The notes under the pieces: generated by a model
Told to the model about the DNA's origin: nothing
What the model saw: only the letters and a program-made list of their open reading frames with translations
Database searches by the model: none
Made by a program: the position numbers and the translations under genes
NCBI GenBank assembly: GCA_023299885.1
Contig: JALZUS010000018.1
Coordinates: 2,646-66,645, forward strand
Source of the DNA: Bdellovibrionales bacterium
GTDB taxonomy: Bacteria; Bdellovibrionota; Bdellovibrionia; Bdellovibrionales; UBA1609
Direction of reading: 5' to 3'
Length of the DNA: 64,000 nucleotides
In this document: positions 44,736 to 53,340 of the stretch, piece after piece
Position numbering within the stretch: position 1 is the stretch's first letter
Layout of the letters: every line of letters starts with the position of its first letter

Positions 44736-46475
44736 TTACTCCTTTATTTGCATATTTTTTACTGAAAAATATTTCTTAGCTTCTTTCACTAAGGGGTGAT
44801 TCTCTATTTTGTTTTTAATTTCTTCATCTGCCAACTTCTTTTTTTCTACACTGACCTGCATTGGTGTTAAGTCAGCATCCTCGACCTCTTCACCTACAAC
44901 AACATCCACTTCTAACCTTTTGTTCCAAAAAGTAAACAGGTAGTTAGATAGCTTACGCTTAAATTCTTCTTTTTCTATTTGAGTGTGTAAAAACTCTTGA
45001 GGTGATGAAATTACAATTTTTTTACCATCTTGGCTTGCCACAAAAGTATGCTCAAGCTTTGCTCCCATAGCACTATTTAATTTCGCCACCTTCTTTACAA
45101 GGTCTCCCCACTTAGCGTTCTCTTTAATCTCTTCATGAGGGAAACTGGGCATCGGCGCAGGACCAACCTCCGCAACAGGCATTGGCGCCTCAGGCATTGG
45201 AGGCATCGAAGCTGCTGAATTATCTTTTTTTGCTTGAACCTGCTTAAGCTGATCTATGGCACTTGCTCTTTTAGGGGCTTGAATTGGCTTTTGGATTGGC
45301 TCTTGGCTTAAATTAGTGTTTTTTTTTACGCTTGTTTGGGTTGCTACATTACTTGCTAATAAAGATTCGATACGCGGGGCATGAAAAAGCCTTAATAATA
45401 AAACTTCTAGAACTAAACTTGGTGTTTGTGAGCGCGCTAAATCATTAGCGCCCTTTAAACACATATCAAACATCATATGGATATCTGACTCTGACATTTT
45501 TTTAGAAAGCTCAGAAAGCTCCTTAACTTCTGATTGCGGCAAATCTACTAGCCCATCAGAGCTACCCGCTAAACTTTCGCCAGAAACTTTTATCATCAGT
45601 AAATTTCTAATTTCTTCTAAAAACTCTTGTACAAAAACTCGTGGCTCAACACCTGAGTAAAAAAGCTTATTTAAATTATCTAGTAGCAAGGCTTTATCTT
45701 GCCCCACTAAAGATTGCAGCAAATGAACTAATAGCTCTCTTTGCGTTAATCCTAAAGACTCTACTACTTTATCTACTGTGATTTCACCGCCACAGTAAGA
45801 TAAAACTTGCTCTAATAAACTAAGGGCATCACGCATAGAGCCTTGGCCTTGTTTAGCTACTAGCCACAGGGCTTCAGTTTCAAACTTTACTTTTTCTGCT
45901 TTTAAAATTTCTTCTATGCGTTCACTTATTTTTTTAAGAGCAATTCTTCTAAAATCATAACGCTGGCAACGAGATAAAATAGTTTTTGGTATTTTATGAA
46001 CTTCTGTTGTGGCCAAAACAAAAACAACATGCTCTGGAGGCTCTTCTAAAGTTTTTAAAAGCGCATTAAAAGCGCTTGATGAAAGCATATGCACTTCATC
46101 AATAATATAAACTTTGTACTTACCCGAAGACGGCATATAGCTTACGTTGTCACGAAGCTCTCTAATGGCATCAACACCATTATTACTAGCACCATCAATT
46201 TCTAAAATATCAACATGAGACCCATCAGAAACACCCAAGCAATCGTCACACTTATGGCAAGCTTGAGAGTCTTTAACATTGGTGCACTTTAAAATTTTTG
46301 CATAAATACGAGCCGAAGAAGTTTTACCTGTACCACGTGGGCCAGTAAACAATAACGCTTGCGGAGTGCGGCCAGACGACAAAGCATTCATAAGAGTACT
46401 ACTAATACTCTCTTGCCCCACTAAATCGTTAAACGATTGTGGTCTCCATTTTAATGCTATTGATTGATAAGCCAA
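44736..46475 (-). CDS. dnaX: DNA polymerase III subunit tau (possible gamma product by recoding)
   Basis: 579 aa with Walker A GPRGTGKTS, the zinc module C..C.DC, DEVHML, SRCQRYDF, then a Pro-rich linker and a tau-specific C-terminus. Confidence 0.92.
   Translation of the reverse strand: MAYQSIALKWRPQSFNDLVGQESISSTLMNALSSGRTPQALLFTGPRGTGKTSSARIYAKILKCTNVKDSQACHKCDDCLGVSDGSHVDILEIDGASNNGVDAIRELRDNVSYMPSSGKYKVYIIDEVHMLSSSAFNALLKTLEEPPEHVVFVLATTEVHKIPKTILSRCQRYDFRRIALKKISERIEEILKAEKVKFETEALWLVAKQGQGSMRDALSLLEQVLSYCGGEITVDKVVESLGLTQRELLVHLLQSLVGQDKALLLDNLNKLFYSGVEPRVFVQEFLEEIRNLLMIKVSGESLAGSSDGLVDLPQSEVKELSELSKKMSESDIHMMFDMCLKGANDLARSQTPSLVLEVLLLRLFHAPRIESLLASNVATQTSVKKNTNLSQEPIQKPIQAPKRASAIDQLKQVQAKKDNSAASMPPMPEAPMPVAEVGPAPMPSFPHEEIKENAKWGDLVKKVAKLNSAMGAKLEHTFVASQDGKKIVISSPQEFLHTQIEKEEFKRKLSNYLFTFWNKRLEVDVVVGEEVEDADLTPMQVSVEKKKLADEEIKNKIENHPLVKEAKKYFSVKNMQIKE
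45319..45327 (-). other. A9 homopolymer (GTA AAA AAA AAC) in dnaX: candidate frameshift or transcriptional-slippage site
   Basis: Nine T on the plus strand, at codons 383-386. The -1 frame gives K-H-stop and the +1 frame gives T-L-I-stop, both read directly. Confidence 0.4.
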
Positions 46476-46502
46476 CTATTTAAACTCCAGCAAATGTGCT
46501 CG

Positions 46503-46608
46503 AAAAAAGTGGGGCCGGCCGGTCATATCACATAGGTCTTTTGCTACCGTTGCTTCCTTCCGGACCTGGCGGAATTCACAAAAGCGTCTATTGTATGGGA
46601 CCAACCCC
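46503..46608 (-). ncRNA. ffs: Signal recognition particle RNA (4.5S, small type)
   Basis: The minus strand reads GGGGUUGGUCCC...CCGCCAGGUCCGGAAGGAAGCAACGGUAGC...GACCGGCCGGCCCC followed by a U-run. The conserved domain IV motif AGGUCCGGAAGGAAGCA and 5'/3' pairing are present. It lies directly upstream of dnaX. Confidence 0.88.
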
Positions 46609-46682
46609 AAGACAGGTATAGCACTTACAGAAGCGTTGTCCCCAGAGCATAAACACTGCGTTATAGAGATGCATATGGCTTT

Positions 46683-47501
46683 TTGATGTTAAGATTAAGC
46701 ATGCTTCAAATGGACTTTTTAAATGACCTCTTTCGCAATAAAAAAAAGAAAGATATTGCTTTTGATTTAAGCATATTTGAAGGCTTTCCATTAAAAATCA
46801 CCTATAAGCCCTATTATCGCAAAATTGCGATAGCCATGCCCATAAATGGCGTAATTACTGTGACTACTGGTAAATCAACACCACAAACAGAAATAATGGC
46901 TTTTTTAAATTCTAATAGAGACTGGATTTTAAAAGCACAAGAAGAAATTGCCGCGGTAAAAACACAGTTTCCAAAGGTAGAGTTCAATAATTTTGACACC
47001 CTCTTTTGGCGCGGCCAAACTCTAAAGCTATACTACCTCAACAAAGACAAAAAAAATAACTTCCTCCCATCGACAGAATATCTCTCTTGCTCAGGCCCTA
47101 AACCTCAATCAGAGAGCCACAGACAGCAAGTAATAAAAGATTTAAAAACCTTTTATAAAACTGAAGCTATTATCGAAATAGGCGATCTATTGCAGGTTTG
47201 GTCTCAGAAAATGGAGCTTTACCCTTCAAGAGTTAGCTATCGCCTACAAAAATCAAAATGGGGAAGCTGCGGATCTAATGGCCATATTTCTATGAATTGG
47301 GGCCTCATTACCTGCCCTAAAAAAATTACTGAATATGTTGTCATTCATGAGCTTGCTCACTTAAAACATCAAAACCACTCTAAAAACTTTTGGAGCCTGG
47401 TAGAAAGATACTGCCCTGACTATAAAGAGCGAAAGACTTGGCTTAAGAACAATAACTATATCTGTGATTTCCTACAAAATAAGTCACAACTACATCCTTA
47501 G
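46683..47501 (+). CDS. YgjP/DUF45-family (M48-like) metal-dependent hydrolase
   Basis: 272 aa with YVVIHELAHLKHQNHSKNFW (HExxH plus the downstream H typical of DUF45/SprT-like). The exact start is uncertain. Confidence 0.75.
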   Translation: MMLRLSMLQMDFLNDLFRNKKKKDIAFDLSIFEGFPLKITYKPYYRKIAIAMPINGVITVTTGKSTPQTEIMAFLNSNRDWILKAQEEIAAVKTQFPKVEFNNFDTLFWRGQTLKLYYLNKDKKNNFLPSTEYLSCSGPKPQSESHRQQVIKDLKTFYKTEAIIEIGDLLQVWSQKMELYPSRVSYRLQKSKWGSCGSNGHISMNWGLITCPKKITEYVVIHELAHLKHQNHSKNFWSLVERYCPDYKERKTWLKNNNYICDFLQNKSQLHP

Positions 47502-47624
47502 GACCAAAGTCCTTAACAACCCTGTTTTGTTTTAAAAAAAGAGACTCTTATTAAAGACTTAGCTATATTAAACACATATAGAGTTTGCCATGGATTTGGC
47601 CCATAAATAATAAAGGACTATTAA

Positions 47625-48500
47625 ATGCAACAAGAAATGCTCATAAAGACACAAAGCCAGTCACCAACACTTTCTGCCTACACTGACTACCGTAAATATC
47701 TTTCTGATTTTTATGATTACAAACGCAAGCAAACAAGCCATATGCTAAGGCCCTACTCTTACACTGACTTTAGTGCAGCTGCTGACATTAAATCTCCTAC
47801 TTATTTAAAATTAATTATTAACGGGCAACGTAACCTCGCTATTAAAACTGCAGATAAATTTTCTAAAGCATTAGGCCACGACAAAGCCGACAAAAATGAG
47901 TTTGAAGCACTTATTAATTACAACCAAGCAAAAGACCCTTTAGAGCGCAACAGGTGCCTTAAAAAACTTTCTGATTTGCGTATACAAAAAAAACTTAATC
48001 AGGGGCAACTCAAGTCTGAAGAAATGGAACGCTTACCTAGCTGGGTTTACTGGGCTCTTCACTCTATGACAGCTCTAGAAAACCCATCAACAAATATTGA
48101 TGTCCTTCATGAAAAACTAAAACAAAGAGCTACCAAGAAAGAAATACAGCAAAGCTTAGATTTACTGATAGAAAACAATGACATTATTGTTGATGGTGAT
48201 ACTTTTTCAAAAAACACTAAAGCCATCTCAGGGATGAATACTATTCCTAAAGAGGTTATTAAAAAAATCCAAGCTGAGCTTATTTACCTTGGGATGGAGT
48301 CTTTAATTAATGACGACCCCAGCGAACGCGAATTTGGAGCTTTTACAATCGCCATGACAGAAAAAGAATTTAATGAGGCTAAGTTTGAAATAAGGCAGTT
48401 TAGAAAAAAGCTGTACTCTAAAATGCTACAAAAACGTGAAGAGTCTAAGGGTGAAAAAATTTACCAAATGAATTTTCAATTATTTCCTTTGAGTGAATAA
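47625..48500 (+). CDS. Putative DNA-binding protein resembling the TIGR02147/DUF4423 family
   Basis: 291 aa. The N-terminal YTDYRKYLSDFYDYKRK...S.TDFS......SPTYLKLIINGQRNL pattern matches what I recall of that family. Family assignment is from memory only. Confidence 0.45.
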   Translation: MQQEMLIKTQSQSPTLSAYTDYRKYLSDFYDYKRKQTSHMLRPYSYTDFSAAADIKSPTYLKLIINGQRNLAIKTADKFSKALGHDKADKNEFEALINYNQAKDPLERNRCLKKLSDLRIQKKLNQGQLKSEEMERLPSWVYWALHSMTALENPSTNIDVLHEKLKQRATKKEIQQSLDLLIENNDIIVDGDTFSKNTKAISGMNTIPKEVIKKIQAELIYLGMESLINDDPSEREFGAFTIAMTEKEFNEAKFEIRQFRKKLYSKMLQKREESKGEKIYQMNFQLFPLSE

Positions 48501-48502
48501 GC

Positions 48503-48853
48503 TTGCCACCTAAAAACGAAAACCCTCTCTTTGCCAACACTATTAAGCTTGTGCTGGCTATCCCAAAAGGAAAAGTAGCAACCTATGGCGGCATAGCCAG
48601 GCTTGCAGACTCTATTGGAAGCGCTAGGTATGTTAGCTATATACTGAGCTCGTCATCAAAAAAGTATAGCCTTCCCTGGCATAGGGTAATTTCTGCTAGC
48701 GGAAAAATAGCCAATCATAAAACTACCAACACACAGTACAGGCTTTTAAAAAAAGAAGGGGTTGAAATTATACGCGGTAAAATTGACCTCGATATATACG
48801 AATGGAAACCTAACAAAACCGCCACTAAAAAAATATTAAAAGCTTTTCAATAA
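48503..48853 (+). CDS. Alkyltransferase-like protein (MGMT DNA-binding domain with the active-site Cys replaced by Trp)
   Basis: 116 aa. IPKGKVATYGGIA plus LPWHRVISASG in place of the canonical PCHRV. TTG start. Confidence 0.8.
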   Translation: MPPKNENPLFANTIKLVLAIPKGKVATYGGIARLADSIGSARYVSYILSSSSKKYSLPWHRVISASGKIANHKTTNTQYRLLKKEGVEIIRGKIDLDIYEWKPNKTATKKILKAFQ

Positions 48854-50338
48854 AGAAATAGCACATGAAGGCTCTGCAGATATAGCCACTGGAGCTTCAA
48901 CAATATTTCTCTTTTTATTAGCCGCCAAACGATAACCATTATTTACTTCTGGTATTAAAACTAAACTTGTCTCTTTAATTTTTGAAAAATTTTGCTGTGC
49001 CAACTCAAATGAATTTTGGTCTTGCTCCCTTACAGAATAAAGAGTGTCATAAGTTAACGCCACAAGACTATTGTAAGCACTAATTAACTCTTTTCGTTTA
49101 CTAATATGAGACTTAATGTATGACCTGTACCCTGCTTTTTCAAACTTAACGAGCCCAGTTCTTTGCAACCTAAAAGGTATTGTTAATTTAGAAACAGCCG
49201 TGTTTTCAAGAACGATACTCATTCTTTGTTTTAAAACTTTAATTTGTAAAAGTAATTCACCGTACTCTGATTTATTATCACTAGAATTACTTACCGAATA
49301 GCTCACTAGCTCTTTAAATTTATCTTCATTTTTTTGAATTTCAGCTATTAAAAGACCATGGTAAATAGGGATACTACTGCCAGCTTTTTTTAATAGTTCA
49401 AGTCTTTTAGTATCATTATTAAGTATTTTTATTAACACTTTCCTACTTAAAAACTTCTCTACATCTATATTTAAATTATCTAGTTTGTTTTGAAAAAAAG
49501 TATCTTTAATACTTATTAGCTTATTTATAAAAACCCTATGCATTTCTTTTTTTGTTAATTTTAAAGCGTTGCCTTCCACAGGTAAAACTATACGACCGTC
49601 TCCAGCTGTTACAGAGTAATAACCTAAATTGTTACTGCTTTCATAGCCCATGTATCCTCTGTTAAATTTATCTAACTGAGCATAACTGTAGCCATACTTT
49701 CTCTTGCTTTTTAACCAACGGCTAAATGTTTCAAACGGAAGCATACCAATAACCGTTACAGCTCCAAACGGGATAGCAGCAATAGTAGCGCCCAGGGCTG
49801 GCATAACTAATGATATTAAAGCGCCCGCTGCCATAGTCGTTGTACTTACAATCACTGCTGCTGCAGCTGTTACCGGAAGCTTATGAGTAATGATTCTAGA
49901 AATTTCATCTTTAAAAAGACCCATCTGAAACATATAAGTAACAGTGGCCCTAGTTATTTTTCTTACAACTTCTTTTTTCTCAGATGGTGTTAAATTTATT
50001 GGTGTATTCGTTTGTTGAGACTCTACAACCACTCTTTCAACAGCTCTTTCCACTATAACTTCAGTAGTGACTTCTACAATCTCTTTAACTTCAGCAGCTA
50101 CCTTTTCATTAGCTGCAGCAACTTCTGCCTTAACCTGAACGAGCTCTTCTATTTTCTCTGTTACCTTTTCCTTGGCGTAAGAAGGCAAAGGCGCATTAAA
50201 AACAAATATAATGGCCAAAGCCACTCTCATTAGTTTTGCTGTCGATTTCTTTGAAAAATGACATTTTTTGTCTGCTGAGCGGTCTCTTAACCTACTGAAA
50301 ACACTATTGATTTGAGATAAGTCTATTTTTTTCATCAT
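48836..50338 (-). CDS. Membrane protein of unknown function
   Basis: 500-aa ORF with a leader-like hydrophobic segment, a Glu/Val-rich coiled segment and two central TM helices. No motif recognised. Its 3' end overlaps the convergent gene by 18 nt. Confidence 0.6.
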   Translation of the reverse strand: MMKKIDLSQINSVFSRLRDRSADKKCHFSKKSTAKLMRVALAIIFVFNAPLPSYAKEKVTEKIEELVQVKAEVAAANEKVAAEVKEIVEVTTEVIVERAVERVVVESQQTNTPINLTPSEKKEVVRKITRATVTYMFQMGLFKDEISRIITHKLPVTAAAAVIVSTTTMAAGALISLVMPALGATIAAIPFGAVTVIGMLPFETFSRWLKSKRKYGYSYAQLDKFNRGYMGYESSNNLGYYSVTAGDGRIVLPVEGNALKLTKKEMHRVFINKLISIKDTFFQNKLDNLNIDVEKFLSRKVLIKILNNDTKRLELLKKAGSSIPIYHGLLIAEIQKNEDKFKELVSYSVSNSSDNKSEYGELLLQIKVLKQRMSIVLENTAVSKLTIPFRLQRTGLVKFEKAGYRSYIKSHISKRKELISAYNSLVALTYDTLYSVREQDQNSFELAQQNFSKIKETSLVLIPEVNNGYRLAANKKRNIVEAPVAISAEPSCAISLLKSF

Positions 50339-50445
50339 AATGACTTAGAATTGCAAAGCTAAGTCCAGACTTTATACAAACAAAAAAGCTAAGACTCCCC
50401 TTTTAGGCAACACTTATGCTACAGTAACAAAGTATTTTTACTGTT

Positions 50446-50796
50446 GGGGGCGATACGGCTTCGACGTGGGTACCGAAGCTTAAGGAGCATGCAGGGGCGC
50501 AAGAGGTCCTCTTTAAAAACTTGCACAATTTTAATCGGCAACGATTTACAATTAGCTGCATAGTATTATGTAGCCATGGATCATTGGGGTGGTAGCGCCC
50601 TTTGTGAAATGTCACTTTAGTTACCTCGACCTAGTGGATTCTTCGAGACAATAGGTTTAAATAAATTTTGAGGAAGGGTTTATCAAAGGGTGTTCGTCCT
50701 CGCTGGTAAGCCGACATGAAATGGCAGAACTAAGCATGTAGCCGCCTTAATGTGAACGACTTGCGGACGCGGGTTCAATTCCCGCCGCCTCCACCA
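50446..50796 (+). ncRNA. ssrA: tmRNA (transfer-messenger RNA)
   Basis: 5' GGGGGCGAUACGGCUUCGACG and GCAUGC. Tag ORF GGC AAC GAU UUA CAA UUA GCU GCA UAG (50537-50563) encodes GNDLQLAA. 3' T-arm and acceptor GGACGCGGGUUCAAUUCCCGCCGCCUCCACCA. Confidence 0.93.
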
Positions 50797-50823
50797 ACTT
50801 TTTAAAACAATCATAAAAAAACT

Positions 50824-51042
50824 ATGAACTACAGAGAGTCTCATAGTGCTCTTAAAAAAAAGAATACGTTATGGAAAATACAAAGGCACATCACTTACCC
50901 AAGCCTTATTTGGCTTAATCCTTCTAGAAAAAAATTACCCTATGGAAAAATTAACAAGCTCTTGGGCTTGCTCTATAAAATGAAAACTAATGAACTCAAG
51001 CACTTGTTCAGCCAATTACAAATCATAAATGTATTAAAATAA
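50824..51042 (+). pseudogene. Frameshifted remnant of a DUF3820-family gene (paralog of 53341-53589)
   Basis: Similarity to the intact copy is split over three frames: ESLIVLLKKRIRYGKYKGTSL (+1 relative to the ATG at 50824), LPKPYLA-stop (+2), and WLNPSRKKLPYGKINKLLGLLYKMKTNELKHL (frame 0). The intact copy reads ADLIALVETKMPYGKYKGMALIDLPEPYVVWYFGNGLPKGKLGHLLGLLYEIKTNGLEYL. Confidence 0.5.
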
Positions 51043-51259
51043 ATAATTTTTGAGACACTTTGAAATCCTGTAAACACTTTACTTTACGAATACTTACTCA
51101 AAATCAGTAAACAAATAACAATTATCAGAATGAAACAAAATTTATTTGCTTCATTGAATTGTGAAGAAAACTTCATCAAAAAAATTAAACTTTAACTCTG
51201 TTAGAACCGATAGTATAAATAGCTACAGTAAAATGTAGATATTTATATCAGGAGGTAAA

Positions 51260-52255
51260 ATGAAATATTTAATACTTTTAGCATTGGCTACCTTAGTGGC
51301 TTGTGAAAACTCTAGATTTGGAATAGAGGATCAAACATCAGTTACAAGAAGCAGTATTGCTTGGGAAGGAGAGCCAGCTTTAGCTGACCTCACAGCATCA
51401 TCAGGCGGAGCTTATGAGCTAGGACTTGCAGCGATAGATCTAACTAGCACCACTCCCGTCACTCTTTCAATTATAGATCCATCAACATCTTCCACTTTAT
51501 TTAAAGGTGATTTTTTACCTGGCGACGACATAAGCTCAGCAATACCAACCAATACTTCTGGATTGAGTAACTTTGCAACTGATATCCAGCCATATTTTGA
51601 AACAGGCAGTATTCTAGACGATGCCTCTGCTCTAACGTTTAGAAAAAAGGATTGGGCAGTAAATAGCGGTCAATTTCAGTCACTTTTCAACCCGGCCAAT
51701 CCATTAGATTTAGATACTTCTGGGGATGTAGCAATACCATTACAATTTCAGCTAACAACATCTGGATCAACAGCAACTATTACATTGCCTGTCAGATACA
51801 GGCTTTCTTTCGAAAACACAAGCACAGACGGCTCTGGAGTTGGTGGAGCTTTTCCATTAACATTCCCTAATGTATTCACAGTCGGTGGCTTAATTCGCTC
51901 TGACACAATAGGCCTTCTAGGTGTTACAGGATTTTCAGAAAGCTGTGGACCTGGAACAGAGCACTATAATATGGATTCAACTATGTCCCCAGCAACAACT
52001 ACCACAGCAACAAAAGTTGCTGGAGTTTGGGTCCCCTTCGCTGGAACAGCTCAATCAAGATTCACTACTGCGATCCTAACAACTTTAGGAGCAACACAGT
52101 CATTTAACCAAAATTTTGGAACTCATTGCGTACACAGAATGGGGGGCTTCTCACAGCTTAATGAGTTTTTAGATGTTCGCTATGAAGCAATACGCCTAAC
52201 TGACGATGGAACAAACTTTCTTGAAATTGCATTTTCTGTTTTTGAAGCTTTTTAA
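51260..52255 (+). CDS. Lipoprotein of unknown function
   Basis: 331 aa. Leader MKYLILLALATLVAC-ENS (canonical lipobox). AGGAGG RBS. Thr/Ser-rich mature part. Confidence 0.7.
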   Translation: MKYLILLALATLVACENSRFGIEDQTSVTRSSIAWEGEPALADLTASSGGAYELGLAAIDLTSTTPVTLSIIDPSTSSTLFKGDFLPGDDISSAIPTNTSGLSNFATDIQPYFETGSILDDASALTFRKKDWAVNSGQFQSLFNPANPLDLDTSGDVAIPLQFQLTTSGSTATITLPVRYRLSFENTSTDGSGVGGAFPLTFPNVFTVGGLIRSDTIGLLGVTGFSESCGPGTEHYNMDSTMSPATTTTATKVAGVWVPFAGTAQSRFTTAILTTLGATQSFNQNFGTHCVHRMGGFSQLNEFLDVRYEAIRLTDDGTNFLEIAFSVFEAF

Positions 52256-52274
52256 AAAATAGAAAATATTATTT

Positions 52275-52309
52275 AAAAAAGGCTTAGATATTAATCTAAG
52301 CCTTTTTTA
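52275..52309 (+). terminator. Rho-independent terminator
   Basis: AGGCTTAGAT-ATTA-ATCTAAGCCT (perfect 10-bp stem) followed by TTTTT. Confidence 0.85.
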
Positions 52310-52361
52310 ATAATATTTTTAAAAAACTTGTTTTTATTGCCACCATATAGATAATGTATCA

Positions 52362-53129
52362 ATGCGCCTCCTACTCACGCCACTCACTCTCTTACTGTTT
52401 CTCCCCCTAAACCTTTTTGCTCACGGCATGAGTGAAGAGGCTAAACTTACCATTATCAATGGTGGTTTTTTACAATATTTAGTTTTAGGGGCCGAGCATA
52501 TGCTAACAGGCTATGACCATTTACTTTTTTTATTTGGCGTTATATTTTTCTTAAAAAACTTTAAGGAAATAATAAAGTTTATATCTATCTTTACATTAGG
52601 CCATAGCATTACCCTTATTGGTGCTACCTTTATGGGAATCACTGCTAACTATTGGCTGATTGATGCTGTTATTGCTTTAAGCGTTTGCTACAAAGGATTT
52701 GATAACAATGGTTACTTTCAAAGCTATCTTGGCTTTAAAAAATCCCCGCCCATTACCCTTATGGTTTTTATCTTTGGTTTAATTCACGGCTTTGGGCTCT
52801 CTACACGATTACAACAGCTACCCCTTGGCGAAAAAGGCATGGCTTTATTTAGCCAAATCATCTCTTTTAATTTTGGGGTAGAGCTTGGGCAAATTTCAGC
52901 CCTTGTTATTATGCTTTTGATAATGACTGAGATAAAAAAGCTTAAAAACTTTAAGCGCCTCTCAAAAGTCTTAAATGACGGGCTTATACTAGCAGGCTTT
53001 ATGCTGCTCATAATGCAACTTCATGGTTATTTCCATAGTATAAACCCTGATGATTTTAAATTTAGCGAAGACAACCACATACATCATCACTTAGAAATAG
53101 ATAATAAAATAGATAAGGAGCATTTATGA
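52362..53129 (+). CDS. HupE/UreJ-family membrane protein (putative Ni/Co permease)
   Basis: 255 aa with a signal-like leader ending in HG, the signature GAEHMLTGYDHLLFLFGV, and multiple TM segments with GHS and HGFG motifs. Confidence 0.75.
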   Translation: MRLLLTPLTLLLFLPLNLFAHGMSEEAKLTIINGGFLQYLVLGAEHMLTGYDHLLFLFGVIFFLKNFKEIIKFISIFTLGHSITLIGATFMGITANYWLIDAVIALSVCYKGFDNNGYFQSYLGFKKSPPITLMVFIFGLIHGFGLSTRLQQLPLGEKGMALFSQIISFNFGVELGQISALVIMLLIMTEIKKLKNFKRLSKVLNDGLILAGFMLLIMQLHGYFHSINPDDFKFSEDNHIHHHLEIDNKIDKEHL

Positions 53130-53332
53130 AAAATATAGCAATAGCTTTAGGACTAATTCTTTTACTAGGTGGCGGCTTTTACTTTTACAAAAACAACCAA
53201 GCCCCGATAGAACTGCACCAACACTCGCATGATGACCACAACCACGGCGACCACTCACATGGTGAGCACAATCATGATAACCATAACAGCCATAGCGACT
53301 CTCATGACGACCACGATCACCATAATCACTAA
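53126..53332 (+). CDS. Membrane-anchored histidine-rich peptide (68 aa), putative metal-binding partner of HupE-like protein
   Basis: An N-terminal TM (IAIALGLILLLGGGFYF) followed by HQHSHDDHNHGDHSHGEHNHDNHNSHSDSHDDHDHHNH. The start overlaps the upstream stop (ATGA). Confidence 0.65.
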   Translation: MKNIAIALGLILLLGGGFYFYKNNQAPIELHQHSHDDHNHGDHSHGEHNHDNHNSHSDSHDDHDHHNH

Positions 53333-53340
53333 CTTATAAT

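Noticed and set aside
44838-44844. Canonical E. coli-type slippery heptamer A AAA AAG in dnaX (codons 544-546)
   Set aside because: It lies only about 35 codons before the natural stop. A -1 shift there would remove almost nothing (KKEVGR-stop), so it cannot be the tau/gamma site. The A9 run at 45319-45327 is the positionally sensible candidate.
46588-46791. 67-aa minus-strand ORF
   Set aside because: It overlaps the SRP RNA gene and its promoter region and has no coding support.
50403-50615. 70-aa minus-strand ORF
   Set aside because: It is antisense to the 5' half of the tmRNA gene.
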